Positions 20,546-30,250 of a stretch of 64,000 nucleotides of DNA are shown here, piece by piece. Within the stretch, counting starts at the first letter, position 1, and every line of letters begins with the position of its first letter. The notes beneath the pieces were generated by a model. It saw only the letters and a program-made list of their open reading frames with translations. It had not been told where the DNA came from and searched no databases. The DNA lies in the NCBI GenBank assembly GCA_002726235.1, contig PBSN01000002.1, positions 83,010-147,009 on the forward strand, in the 5' to 3' direction. The DNA comes from Nitrospiraceae bacterium (lineage in GTDB: Bacteria > Nitrospirota > Nitrospiria > Nitrospirales > UBA2166). A program made the position numbers and the translations under genes.

Positions 20546-21711
20546 GCAAGGCCCCTGACAGCGTCCTGAACAGCTTCAACACATACATTGAGATCGTTCT
20601 GACTCAGACCAACACTTGACGGAAGGCTAATCCCACGTTCGTACAACGCCATGGAGTATTCAATACGGTAGGCATAACAATCCCGGTATGGTCTGAGGTT
20701 GTGAATCGTGTGCCACAAGGGTCGAGCGCCAACCCCACGCCGACGAAGATCCTGAATCACAACTTTCCGATCACCAAGCCGCATCTTCTCCCCAAGCAAA
20801 ATCGTATACAACCAACACGTCGGCTCTGTCTCAGGGGGACAGGGCATCACACAAACCTGAGGCAGGTCGCGAAATGCCGTTTCGTAGGTTTTGGCAATAG
20901 CGCGTTTCTTCGTGATAAATGTATCGAGTTGTTCCAATTGGGCAACGCCAATGCAAGCCTGAACATTGCTGAGTCGATAGTTATACCCAATGCAATTGTG
21001 CACAGATTCGATAGGATCGTCTTTTGCCTGAGTCGAAAGATAACGTGCACATTCAGCCTTTTCCGCATCATCGGTCACAAGCATGCCTCCGCCTCCGGCA
21101 GTCATAATCTTGTTCCCGTTGAAACTGAACACCCCGACGTCCCCAAACGTACCAACATGTTGTCGGCGATAACGCACGCCCATTCCTTCAGCGGCATCCT
21201 CCACAACATACAGGTGGTGACGCCTCGCAACTTCCACGATACGGTCAATTTCGCAGGAGAGCCCAAGGATATGTACTGGAAGAATCGCACGAACACGCCG
21301 CCCGGTCGATCGATTAAAACATTGGGCACCTCGCACCTCACAGCCTTCCTCCAAAAACTTGGCCACTTTGCTGGAATCCATTTGCCAAGTCTCAGGATGA
21401 ACATCCATAAGCACAGGATGCGCCTGGCAATACCGTATCGCGTTTACCGGTGCAATAAAAGTAAGATTGGAGACGAGAACTTCATCATTTGGTTCAACAC
21501 CGATGACCTGCAACGCAATGTGCAACGCGGCTGTCCCATTGACCATCGCGACTGCATGCCGTGATCCAACGTATTGCGCCAGCTCAGTTTCAAAACGGGT
21601 AACAAAAGGTCCAACTGACGACACCCATCCCGAGTCAATCCCTTCTTTCACATACTTCCACTCATTGCCACCGAGTTCGGGAACACTCAGCGGAATGTCG
21701 CCAGTCAGCAC
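20542..21711 (-). CDS. legC: PLP-dependent sugar aminotransferase (LegC family, DegT/DnrJ)
   Basis: IPLSVP, WVSSVG, NGTAALH, TFIAPVNA, EDAAE, SFNGNKIMTAGGGG, GYNYRLSN. Confidence 0.92.
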   Translation of the reverse strand: MLTGDIPLSVPELGGNEWKYVKEGIDSGWVSSVGPFVTRFETELAQYVGSRHAVAMVNGTAALHIALQVIGVEPNDEVLVSNLTFIAPVNAIRYCQAHPVLMDVHPETWQMDSSKVAKFLEEGCEVRGAQCFNRSTGRRVRAILPVHILGLSCEIDRIVEVARRHHLYVVEDAAEGMGVRYRRQHVGTFGDVGVFSFNGNKIMTAGGGGMLVTDDAEKAECARYLSTQAKDDPIESVHNCIGYNYRLSNVQACIGVAQLEQLDTFITKKRAIAKTYETAFRDLPQVCVMPCPPETEPTCWLYTILLGEKMRLGDRKVVIQDLRRRGVGARPLWHTIHNLRPYRDCYAYRIEYSMALYERGISLPSSVGLSQNDLNVCVEAVQDAVRGLA

Positions 21712-21725
21712 TCCACCCTCAGCGC

Positions 21726-22709
21726 CTACAGCACATACGCGTCCGGACGATACGCATGGAGATGCTCACGCATCCACTCGACAGTAAGACGTAGCCCCTG
21801 TTCAAGGGAAATGGAAGGTTTCCAGCCTAACCTCGCTTTTGCCTCAGTATTGTCAGCAAGCAAGCGGTCGACCTCACTCCCTTGAGGACGAACGCGCTGT
21901 TCTTCCACTTTAATCACTCCCTTTGTGTCAACAAGTGTTGAGATCAATTTCGCAAGGTCTCCAACGCTAACTTCAATACCGGAACCAAGATTCATAGTCC
22001 GGCCGACCCCATCGTGACATAACGCCGCACGAACAAAACCATCGACAATATTTTCTACATAATTTAGATCACGTGTAGGATGTAAATTTCCAAGCCGGAT
22101 CATATCACCGGTCAAGGCCTGAGTAATGATGGTTGGGATTACCGCACGAGAAGACTGACGAGGCCCAAATGTATTAAAAGGCCGCACCGTGATCACCGGA
22201 AGTCCAAACGACAGATGAAATGATTCAACAAGCTTATCGGCCGCAATCTTACTCGCGGCATACGGAGATTGTGCCTGGAGAGGATGTGACTCATCAATCG
22301 GCACTTGCCGTGCCGTACCATAGACCTCGCTCGTTGAGGTATGGACCAAACGATGAACATTGGCCATGCGACAGGCCTGGAGGACATTCAGCGTGCCCTC
22401 GACATTCGTCTGCACAAATGATGCCGGTGATCGGTACGAATAGGGAATCGCAATAAGGGCCGCGAGATGAAAAATGATATCGGTGTTCGCAATCGCGCTT
22501 GAGACACTATCGAGATCCCGCACATCTCCAGCGATCACCTCAATATCTCCCTTATATTGAGACCGATCAAGCCATCCCCAAGACCCTTCACTCCTATAGT
22601 GTACAAAGGCCTTGGTCGTTGCACCCATCGACACAAGTCGCTCAACAAGATGACTTCCGATAAATCCCCCAGCTCCCGTTACAAGGACTGATTTCCCGAC
22701 CCAGCTCAT
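21726..22709 (-). CDS. legB: NDP-GlcNAc 4,6-dehydratase (LegB family)
   Basis: TGAGGFIGSHL, HLAALIAIPYSY, TSTSEVYGTA, QSPYAASK, RPFNTFGPRQS.RAVIP. Confidence 0.92.
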   Translation of the reverse strand: MSWVGKSVLVTGAGGFIGSHLVERLVSMGATTKAFVHYRSEGSWGWLDRSQYKGDIEVIAGDVRDLDSVSSAIANTDIIFHLAALIAIPYSYRSPASFVQTNVEGTLNVLQACRMANVHRLVHTSTSEVYGTARQVPIDESHPLQAQSPYAASKIAADKLVESFHLSFGLPVITVRPFNTFGPRQSSRAVIPTIITQALTGDMIRLGNLHPTRDLNYVENIVDGFVRAALCHDGVGRTMNLGSGIEVSVGDLAKLISTLVDTKGVIKVEEQRVRPQGSEVDRLLADNTEAKARLGWKPSISLEQGLRLTVEWMREHLHAYRPDAYVL

Positions 22710-23782
22710 GGATGCACTCCCAAACCTTTAATCAATTCCTGAGCACGTTGATAATCTGTGTGATCGCCAATATCCAGCCACTCTTCGTGAATCGGAAAGC
22801 TCACGACCACTCGTTTGGCATTGAGTAAACGTCCAATGAGTTGAGTCATATGGAAATGCTCATCATTTGGTATGAAACGATACACAGCGGGTTCCAAGAG
22901 ATAGATGCCAGCATTCACAAACACACCAAAGATCGGTTTTTCGGTTATCTTCTTGACGACAGGGCCATCACATTCGACTACTCCGTACGGTACCTTGAGA
23001 TCATAATGGCGAACCGCAACCGTCAAGTCGGCCTTATGCTCCTTGTGATAGGACAACATCGCTCTGAAATCAACATTCGTGAGGATATCGCCGTTAATGA
23101 CCAACGTGGTCTGATCGGGTGTCTTTAACAACCCCAACCCTCCCGCAGTCCCCAATGGACGCTCTTCCGACACATACGAAAGATCGACACCAAAATCCTT
23201 CCCATCTCCGAAATGGGTCGTAATTGTTTCCGGCTTATGATGCGTCGCCACCTTCACTTTCGTAATACCTGCGGCAGCGAGATTCTTGATGATGATCTCC
23301 AACAGGGGTTTATCACCAACTGGAAGCATCGGCTTCGGCGTATTTGCGGTCAACGGCATCAGACGTTGGCCTTCACCGCCTGCCATTACGATCGCTTCAA
23401 GTTCTGGTGTTCTCCCAAGCAATAATTCATCCAACTTCACAAGCCCATCGACGCGCTGCTCACTATCAAGGAGAGGAAGATGGCTAATCTTGTGACGTTT
23501 CAACAGATCGATCCAAGTACTCTCTTCTGCTCCAATGAACGCTGTCACCGGATTGATATGTCCATCGTCTCCTTTGCGAGTAAGCAAAAGATCCACAGAT
23601 TCTGAAAAGCTGATCTTCGCGAGCACCGCACGGCGAATATCCCCGTCAGTAATGGTCCCAAGAAGCCTCCGGTCACTGTCCACTACAAGAACGATCCCCA
23701 TTCGACTCTGATCCATGAGACGAATTGCCTCAATGATGCTACGATCAGATTCTATACAGAGCGTAGTGATGTCAGATTGCAT
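22706..23782 (-). CDS. CBS-domain sugar-1-phosphate nucleotidyltransferase (PtmE-like)
   Basis: N-terminal CBS pair (GTITDGDIRR), MAGGEGQRLMPLT..TPKPML, PLGTAG, NGDILT, WLDIG. Confidence 0.9.
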   Translation of the reverse strand: MQSDITTLCIESDRSIIEAIRLMDQSRMGIVLVVDSDRRLLGTITDGDIRRAVLAKISFSESVDLLLTRKGDDGHINPVTAFIGAEESTWIDLLKRHKISHLPLLDSEQRVDGLVKLDELLLGRTPELEAIVMAGGEGQRLMPLTANTPKPMLPVGDKPLLEIIIKNLAAAGITKVKVATHHKPETITTHFGDGKDFGVDLSYVSEERPLGTAGGLGLLKTPDQTTLVINGDILTNVDFRAMLSYHKEHKADLTVAVRHYDLKVPYGVVECDGPVVKKITEKPIFGVFVNAGIYLLEPAVYRFIPNDEHFHMTQLIGRLLNAKRVVVSFPIHEEWLDIGDHTDYQRAQELIKGLGVHP

Positions 23783-23818
23783 ACGACAGTGCCAAGGTTA
23801 TAGTGTTCAGAAACATCA

Positions 23819-25045
23819 TCAATTGTCCTGATACGCCGTTGATTCTCGACAGAGCCTGGCAAGCATATCGATTAGAAATACTATATCGTCTTCAGACCCA
23901 CCCGGTACGATTGGCACCGTAACCTCTCTCATGTACCAGAACTGGACGGAGACGTACGCTTGCATTGCCTCATGCCGGGGCCAGTGAACTGGCAAAAAGA
24001 TTCCATTTTCGGCCGCCATTGACCTGAAGGCATCACGGTTGGCGACAAGCAGAGGCACTCCGATGCCGCANCAATCCTCCACGTTCGCCGTGATTTTCGA
24101 GTGCTCAATAGAGCGTAATCCGTCAACGACAAGCTGAGATCGCTTCCGCACGTCGCGAACATCACACACCAGATTCCTCTCGAGTATGTAGCGAGCTGAG
24201 GCAGTTGTCCCAGGCAGGGAATCAGCATCCTTTGAATCCGCTACAATATCTAGACACGCCTCGCTTGAGACACTCTCATTCCGGCCGTTACGTAATGGGT
24301 CATCAACAAATGGCGAAACCGATAACCATGCATGCCGTTTCACTTTTGCAAGTACTTTCTGCCGAATTGCACGTTGCACGTCAACCTGCCCAACGGAATA
24401 TGCGTTCGAGCGGTCACCCATTACCTCACGCGCCCGATCAGAACAAGCGACCAACAAGGCTCCATCTGGAACAGGATAATGCTTCCGCAAACTGAGCAAT
24501 GCGAAATCACACCGCTCTGCTGCACCAATGAGGCAAGGCAAATCTGGAAAACACATGACCCTGTCTTCAATAATCCAAGGAACCGTCTGAAGATTCCGTA
24601 GATCCTCGGTATATTCTTGAAGACGATATTCAATTGTTCTTGAACCAAAATACACACAGGTGATTACAGCATGTGCAGTTCGACTAAGCTCCAACAACTC
24701 TCTCGAGTCGGGAATGAGAAACTCATTGAGACCATATGCCGTCCAATTCTGCGTATACGACGCCACTTTGTTCACAACTGCTCCACATTGATACGCGGGA
24801 AGAGCAACACGACTAGTCGGTTGAATATCACACAAACCAAGCGCAACACCAAGCGCAGAACGGCCATATCTAAGCCAACGCGCTGTACCAAGATCCCCTC
24901 CATAGAGTTCGCAAACCGCTACGACGGAAGAAGACAGGTCACCCTCTTCCCCAGCAAGCCACAACTCGGCCTCGTCTCGAGAGAGTGGAAATTCACCTCC
25001 AATGACTCGTGAAAAGGTGGGCAATGCTGCTTGAGAGGAACTCAT
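23819..25045 (-). CDS. Divergent DegT-like PLP-dependent protein
   Basis: IGGEF, GRSAL, LPAYQC, IIED, SLRKHYPVPDGA (putative PLP lysine), PVHWP. ATG at 25045 overlaps the upstream stop. Confidence 0.65.
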   Translation of the reverse strand: MSSSQAALPTFSRVIGGEFPLSRDEAELWLAGEEGDLSSSVVAVCELYGGDLGTARWLRYGRSALGVALGLCDIQPTSRVALPAYQCGAVVNKVASYTQNWTAYGLNEFLIPDSRELLELSRTAHAVITCVYFGSRTIEYRLQEYTEDLRNLQTVPWIIEDRVMCFPDLPCLIGAAERCDFALLSLRKHYPVPDGALLVACSDRAREVMGDRSNAYSVGQVDVQRAIRQKVLAKVKRHAWLSVSPFVDDPLRNGRNESVSSEACLDIVADSKDADSLPGTTASARYILERNLVCDVRDVRKRSQLVVDGLRSIEHSKITANVEDXCGIGVPLLVANRDAFRSMAAENGIFLPVHWPRHEAMQAYVSVQFWYMREVTVPIVPGGSEDDIVFLIDMLARLCRESTAYQDN

Positions 25046-25737
25046 TTTGTTGCAGTTAACAACCACTCGAATACTTCGACCGTTCTTCCATGGTCTGTCC
25101 GATGAACCCAATCAAAACTCAGCCTCGAGAAATTTGAAAATAGTTTTTGTAGCTCATCCTCAGAGAAAAAATGACTGATTCCAAAACCAGCACATGGACC
25201 AACGGATGGATCAACATAGGTATTCTCTTCAATCATCCGTCCCGTCCCATGCCCTGCCGTTTGTATCCCAAACATCTTCCCGAAAAAAACACCACCCCGT
25301 TTCAACACCCGATGAATCTCTGCAATGCATGACACAATGACACTCATCTCATTTGCATACACTGCTTCGATATCCACAACAGCATCAAAAATCCCATCCG
25401 CCCAAGGCAAGCTTGTGAAATCTCCCTGCTGAAGATCAACGGCTGGGGCATCGTGCAGAAGCATTTCAGATTGCAATCGATGTCTTGCCTGACTAATCGC
25501 CGTTTGAGATCCATCAATGCCAGCGACACGATATCCCTCGCGAGACAAATACCAAATATTTGCGCCAGGCCCACAACCAACTTCCAAAAAAGAGATCGCG
25601 TCTCGATCCGGCACCTCCCCAAAAGTGCGTGATACAAACCGAATCAATTCCTCCGGTGGATATCGTCCCCACGGCCTACTGGCAAACATTTTCTCCCAAA
25701 ACAGCATATTTTTGCGATGTTCTACTCGCTCCATCAT
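25042..25737 (-). CDS. Class I SAM-dependent methyltransferase
   Basis: WGRYPPE, LEVGCGPGAN, GIDGS, FDAVVD, HRVLKRGG. Confidence 0.9.
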   Translation of the reverse strand: MMERVEHRKNMLFWEKMFASRPWGRYPPEELIRFVSRTFGEVPDRDAISFLEVGCGPGANIWYLSREGYRVAGIDGSQTAISQARHRLQSEMLLHDAPAVDLQQGDFTSLPWADGIFDAVVDIEAVYANEMSVIVSCIAEIHRVLKRGGVFFGKMFGIQTAGHGTGRMIEENTYVDPSVGPCAGFGISHFFSEDELQKLFSNFSRLSFDWVHRTDHGRTVEVFEWLLTATK

Positions 25738-25799
25738 CTGATCCCTTTGAGTACTACATGCTCTTTATACGTCATGTATTCCCTCACGCATAATCCATA

Positions 25800-26888
25800 T
25801 CATGAGACGTGGGCATCACCCGCATACGACATTCGATCATAAAACTGAACCCGCTCCGCATCCATTGGAATTCCTTCATCCAACAATGCCTCCCGCACTG
25901 ATAGATAGGCGTCATTATCAAAAATTGTCCCTCCGATACGCGACGACATGGTCCCTTCTGGCGCGAAACCATTTTTATAGGACCAGATTCCATCATAGGG
26001 CTTTGTCCCACCTCCCAGAAGGTAATACCGATATCCAGCCTCCTGAGCAAATCTGATGATCTCTCTCTTCATCATATGGTTTGGACACACCGCGCCAAAA
26101 CCGTCAAGTGTGCCGCCCAAAAATGAATGGCAATAGATTCCATGGAATAACACCAATTCACACGAAACAATGCTCCCATCGATTTCGGTATAGAAAAAAC
26201 GATATTTCCCTTTCAGCCGAGATGGAAGCTCTCGATAAAAATCTTCTGGTATGTAGTAAAAAGCTGCGGCGTGATTGCGGTCAAGAGTAGCCGAATATAC
26301 AGTCAGAAACTCATCGAGGTGCTCCAAGGTAACTTCTGAAAAAACACTACACCTCGCTCGCGTGGCCTTCTTAATGTTCTTACGCACTGCGTGCTTAAAT
26401 GCCGACTCAATCTCACGTGCCGACCGAGAAAGATTGACAACAACAAATCCCCCTATATCGAGAACTTTTGTCTTATGGCCTACAACGTCATGATTCCCCA
26501 TTATGGGGTGATACCGATCAAATCCACAAATGATGCGGTTGTCATCACAATACGATTGCAGGGCGATATGGAATGAAGATACATTGATCACATTTCTCTC
26601 GCTACACACCAACCCACCCCGCCCATACAGCCCGGTAATATCCTGATAATCAGATGGAATGACGCTGCTAAGATTTCCAAGAGAGCTGATGTTTCGTTGC
26701 AAAAACGGATACATGGTGTATGAAGAATCATACTCAAGCACTGCACAGAGTGGGCGTCCAACTCGATGAATATAGCGGGCACAAAGCTCAGCATAATCAG
26801 GCGAATAGAATATGTCCTGTTGATTGATCGGCAAGCTAAGAAAATACGCAGCCCACCGCTCATTGCTAGGATCTAGCAACTGCAACAT
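25800..26888 (-). CDS. GNAT/FemAB-like acyltransferase
   Basis: DIFYSPDY, YGRGG, RYHP, RKNIKKA, HSFLGGT, YLLGGG, YKNGF. Confidence 0.75.
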   Translation of the reverse strand: MLQLLDPSNERWAAYFLSLPINQQDIFYSPDYAELCARYIHRVGRPLCAVLEYDSSYTMYPFLQRNISSLGNLSSVIPSDYQDITGLYGRGGLVCSERNVINVSSFHIALQSYCDDNRIICGFDRYHPIMGNHDVVGHKTKVLDIGGFVVVNLSRSAREIESAFKHAVRKNIKKATRARCSVFSEVTLEHLDEFLTVYSATLDRNHAAAFYYIPEDFYRELPSRLKGKYRFFYTEIDGSIVSCELVLFHGIYCHSFLGGTLDGFGAVCPNHMMKREIIRFAQEAGYRYYLLGGGTKPYDGIWSYKNGFAPEGTMSSRIGGTIFDNDAYLSVREALLDEGIPMDAERVQFYDRMSYAGDAHVS

Positions 26889-26890
26889 CT

Positions 26891-28096
26891 TTACGAAGCA
26901 ACTCTCTTTGGATCCCCATCCAAATCACAGACGGTATGATTGTGTCCAAATTTGGAAAACCTCTTTCGCAGAAGTCGATCCGAGATCTCCACCGTTGAAA
27001 GTTCGCGTACCAAATGATCGGCCGCATACCCATCACCATACACATTATCAAGCTCACCAAGTGTTGCTCGAAAGTTATCCGACAAAGCCTGTGTTATCGC
27101 CTCGCAAAGCTTCTCCCGGCCAACGGAGCAGTCAATGACATTCAAACCAGACGCTCGTCCACATTGACGATCGCCGACATTGACGACCGGAAGTTTAAAT
27201 GAAGCAGCCTCAACAATCCCACTCGATGAATTTCCAATCATGGCGGATGCATGTGCCATTAGGCTCAGATAGCCTCGCTGACCAGCATTCACCACCACCT
27301 TCCTATCAGCCTTTGTGGCACAAAACGCGTTGATAGCATCAATGATCACACGACTTGAGGTATCAGCATTTGGATACGTAAATACAGCAGGAAGCTCAAT
27401 CTTGTCGATTGCCGCGAGCACCTCTGTGATATCGTAAGCCGTTTGATCTGTCGCCATGGTGACGGGGTGAAACGTCACGAGTAGGAAAGGGGCGGGCGCN
27501 CCAATGCCAAAAGTTTCATTCAATTCACCGACATCCATCAGTTCAGTTTGACGAATGGTATCAAGCGCCAACGAGCCGCAACACGTCACACGCCAGGCTT
27601 CCTCACCCATTTGCAACACTCGGTTTCGACTAGATTCCGTTTCGACAAAATGCAGATGACTGAGCTTTGTCATCGCATGGCGAATCGAGTCATCCATGGC
27701 GCCTTCAGTTACATCGCCGCCAGAAATATGAGCTACCGGAATCCGATACGGTAACGCAGCCAACACAGGTGGCAAAGCGTCGAATCGGTCGCCGTGTACC
27801 ACAAGAATGTCAGGATGCCAATTGGCGAAGAGTTGCGCGAAACCCATTGTTCCAAGCCCAATAGATTTCCCAATTCCTTCTGGCGTATCTGATGAAAGCA
27901 GACTTTCAACGTGGGAGTGTACCGTAAATCCTGCGTCTTCGATGTGCCTCACTGTGAAACCAAACTCAGGAGAGAGATGCATGCCCGTTGCCACAATTTC
28001 CAATTTGAAGCCTGGATTAGCTGCAAGCGCATGCATGAGAGGAAGATAAAATCCCAGTTCTGACCGCGCACAAGTGACAAGCCCAATCCGTCTCAC
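26891..28096 (-). CDS. neuC: Hydrolysing NDP-sugar 2-epimerase (NeuC/LegG)
   Basis: TGMHLSPEFG, GDRFD, HISGGD.TEGAMDDSIRHAMTKLSHLHF, TFHPVT, GNSSSG, GDRQ.GR, YGDG. Confidence 0.93.
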   Translation of the reverse strand: MRRIGLVTCARSELGFYLPLMHALAANPGFKLEIVATGMHLSPEFGFTVRHIEDAGFTVHSHVESLLSSDTPEGIGKSIGLGTMGFAQLFANWHPDILVVHGDRFDALPPVLAALPYRIPVAHISGGDVTEGAMDDSIRHAMTKLSHLHFVETESSRNRVLQMGEEAWRVTCCGSLALDTIRQTELMDVGELNETFGIXAPAPFLLVTFHPVTMATDQTAYDITEVLAAIDKIELPAVFTYPNADTSSRVIIDAINAFCATKADRKVVVNAGQRGYLSLMAHASAMIGNSSSGIVEAASFKLPVVNVGDRQCGRASGLNVIDCSVGREKLCEAITQALSDNFRATLGELDNVYGDGYAADHLVRELSTVEISDRLLRKRFSKFGHNHTVCDLDGDPKRVAS

Positions 28097-29145
28097 TCGA
28101 GATCCTCCCACTTCAACAATTGATCTCGTTCAAGACTCCGAACCAGTGTTCGCCCCATCACACACTGAAGTTCAGATGGCGCGATCCCCGTACCTGGACG
28201 TTTAATCGCAATGTCGCCAATATTTAAAACGGTACCACTTTGAAGACTCCGCTTCGCAACGAGGCTTCTTCGCGCAACAGCCATGGTGTCGAGTTCTCCC
28301 CGTGCCGGACGCTTAATCCCATCTCCAAGTGAACTTTCCACACATCGCACACCACGAACTAGAGCTTGAAGCTCCGATGGATCGATCGACGCTCGGTGAT
28401 CCGGGCCAGGAAGAGAATGATCTAAGGTAACGTGTTTTTCAATGACACATGCGCCCAAGGCAACCGCGGCCAATGACACTTCAATTCCCGGAGTATGATC
28501 GGAGTAGCCGATTGGAAGACCGAACGCATTGCGCATGGTTTCCATTGCGCGTAGATTGCTTTCAGCAGGATCTGCCGGATAGCTTGAGGTGCAATGAAGC
28601 AAAATGACGTCTCGGTTCCCAGCTCGATCAATAACGCGTATCGCTGACTCCACTTCTTCAAGAGACGACATCCCCGTGGAGAGAATCACCAATTTGTGTT
28701 TTCTGGCAATATGGTCAAGAAAGGGAAGATTTGTAATCTCCCCCGATGGGACCTTGAATGCTTCAACTCCCATCTCATCGAGAAAATCTGTGCTCTCAAC
28801 GTCAAAGGGAGTCGACAAAAATGAAATCCCCTTCTGGAGACAACNCTCATGTAGTTCGCGAAACGCGTGATATGGCAATTCAAGGCGCTGAGCCATTTCC
28901 AATTGAGACTCAGCACCATCAGTTGTCTGCAACTGATACGCAGCTTTGGGAGCCTGAACTGAAATAACCTCCTGAGCCTTAAATGTCTGGAATTTTACCG
29001 CATCAGCCTCTGCATGAACGGCAACATCTACAAGACGATGTGCCATCTCCAAGTTACCATTATGGTTTACGCCGGCCTCGGCAATAATAAAACACGGATG
29101 GCCAAAGCCAATACGACAGTCGGCAATGTTAATAGGTTTTCCCAT
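28093..29145 (-). CDS. neuB: Nonulosonic acid synthase (NeuB/LegI)
   Basis: IIAEAGVNHNG, DAVKFQTF, STPFD, SGEITN, LSTGMS, LHCTSSYP, GYSDHT, EKH.TLD, GPDH, C-terminal SAF domain (RRS, KRPGTG). Confidence 0.95.
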   Translation of the reverse strand: MGKPINIADCRIGFGHPCFIIAEAGVNHNGNLEMAHRLVDVAVHAEADAVKFQTFKAQEVISVQAPKAAYQLQTTDGAESQLEMAQRLELPYHAFRELHEXCLQKGISFLSTPFDVESTDFLDEMGVEAFKVPSGEITNLPFLDHIARKHKLVILSTGMSSLEEVESAIRVIDRAGNRDVILLHCTSSYPADPAESNLRAMETMRNAFGLPIGYSDHTPGIEVSLAAVALGACVIEKHVTLDHSLPGPDHRASIDPSELQALVRGVRCVESSLGDGIKRPARGELDTMAVARRSLVAKRSLQSGTVLNIGDIAIKRPGTGIAPSELQCVMGRTLVRSLERDQLLKWEDLE

Positions 29146-29170
29146 ACGTTGTTCAGATTTTCTTCAACAT

Positions 29171-29325
29171 CACGAGTATCGCCGTCTTTGTTGCATACTC
29201 GACTCCAATACTTTGCAGTGGGAATTAACGGATACAAACGCAGGTCTTTCAAGAATCCATTGCAGGACATCCCTTAAATGAAATACTGTCAAAGCATACA
29301 GATCACTGAAGACCTGCTTAAGACA
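29171..29325 (-). pseudogene. Possible decayed C-terminal fragment of an SpsF-type cytidylyltransferase-like gene
   Basis: Spacer translates as LKQVFSDLYALTVFHLRDVLQWILERPAFVSVNSH, resembling SpsF-like C-termini. No start codon. Recognised by eye only. Confidence 0.35.
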
Positions 29326-29407
29326 TAGTCCTAACGGTATATCGAATCATTCAACCCCTCCATTCACTCAGCGTGGGCACCCCTGTTGCNGCAAAAATTA
29401 ACGTCAT

Positions 29408-30250
29408 TCACCATGCCGTCCACCCACCATCGACGACCAAATTATGGCCTGTCACATATGCAGAAAGGTCACTAGCAAGGTAAGCCACGGCACCTTTCAT
29501 GTCTTCTTCCCTCGCCATCCGACCGAGTGGAGTCCGAGCGACATATCGCTCTTGAAAAACATTTGGTTGGTTGCGTCTCACTCCTCCGGCAGAAATAGCA
29601 TTGACCCGAACCCGTGGCGCAAGCGTCGTAGCAAAGTATCGAGTCAGCTGTATCAGACCGCCCTTTGACGCTGCCCCTCCAACCGGATTAGCCATTTCCG
29701 TCCCGTCATACAGGCGAAGATCAGGTCCGACAAATCCATAGATCGAACTGAAAAGAATGACAGAACCAAGTCCAGATTCCGACAGTGCTTTTTTGGCCTC
29801 TTGGATCATTACGAACACCGAGGTAAGGTTTACTCTAGTCGCATCTTCCCAAGCGGCCACAGTCTGCTCCTCAAAAGGAACCGCCCATCCAGGGTCCTGA
29901 GTTGTACCAACATACGCTGCACAGTGCACCAAAATGTCCAGTCCGCCCATCTCCTCAATTACCTTATTGATAACCAGGCGCGTTCGACGCTCATCTCTCA
30001 AATCGCACGAGAACGGATAGGCACTGCCAGGTCGCCCGCGATTAAACAATTGAGCTTGTTTTTCGCACGCACGAATGTCCAGATCCAAAATTGCAACGGT
30101 GGATCCAAGGTCAATCAACGTTTCACCCACTGCGGATCCAATATGTCCAGCCCCCCCCGTGATCAACGCCCGCCGACCCCTTAGATCCATCAGTTTGGCC
30201 ACCGTTCGCATGCCCTTAGCTTCTACCATCTCGTCACGGTCGACTGTCAC
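29408..30250 (-). CDS. SDR oxidoreductase (PtmA/ElaC-like), catalytic Tyr replaced by Gly
   Basis: TGGAGHIG, SSIYG, NPVGGAASK (YxxxK position reads GxxxK), RVNAISAGG, TGHNLVVDGG. Confidence 0.88.
   Translation of the reverse strand: MTVDRDEMVEAKGMRTVAKLMDLRGRRALITGGAGHIGSAVGETLIDLGSTVAILDLDIRACEKQAQLFNRGRPGSAYPFSCDLRDERRTRLVINKVIEEMGGLDILVHCAAYVGTTQDPGWAVPFEEQTVAAWEDATRVNLTSVFVMIQEAKKALSESGLGSVILFSSIYGFVGPDLRLYDGTEMANPVGGAASKGGLIQLTRYFATTLAPRVRVNAISAGGVRRNQPNVFQERYVARTPLGRMAREEDMKGAVAYLASDLSAYVTGHNLVVDGGWTAW

Noticed and set aside
13985..29390. Seven single N bases (13985, 15673, 18773, 24071, 27500, 28845, 29390) as a biological signal
   Set aside because: They share no sequence context and are best treated as assembly ambiguity. 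They do lower confidence in single-base observations such as the nonsense codons.
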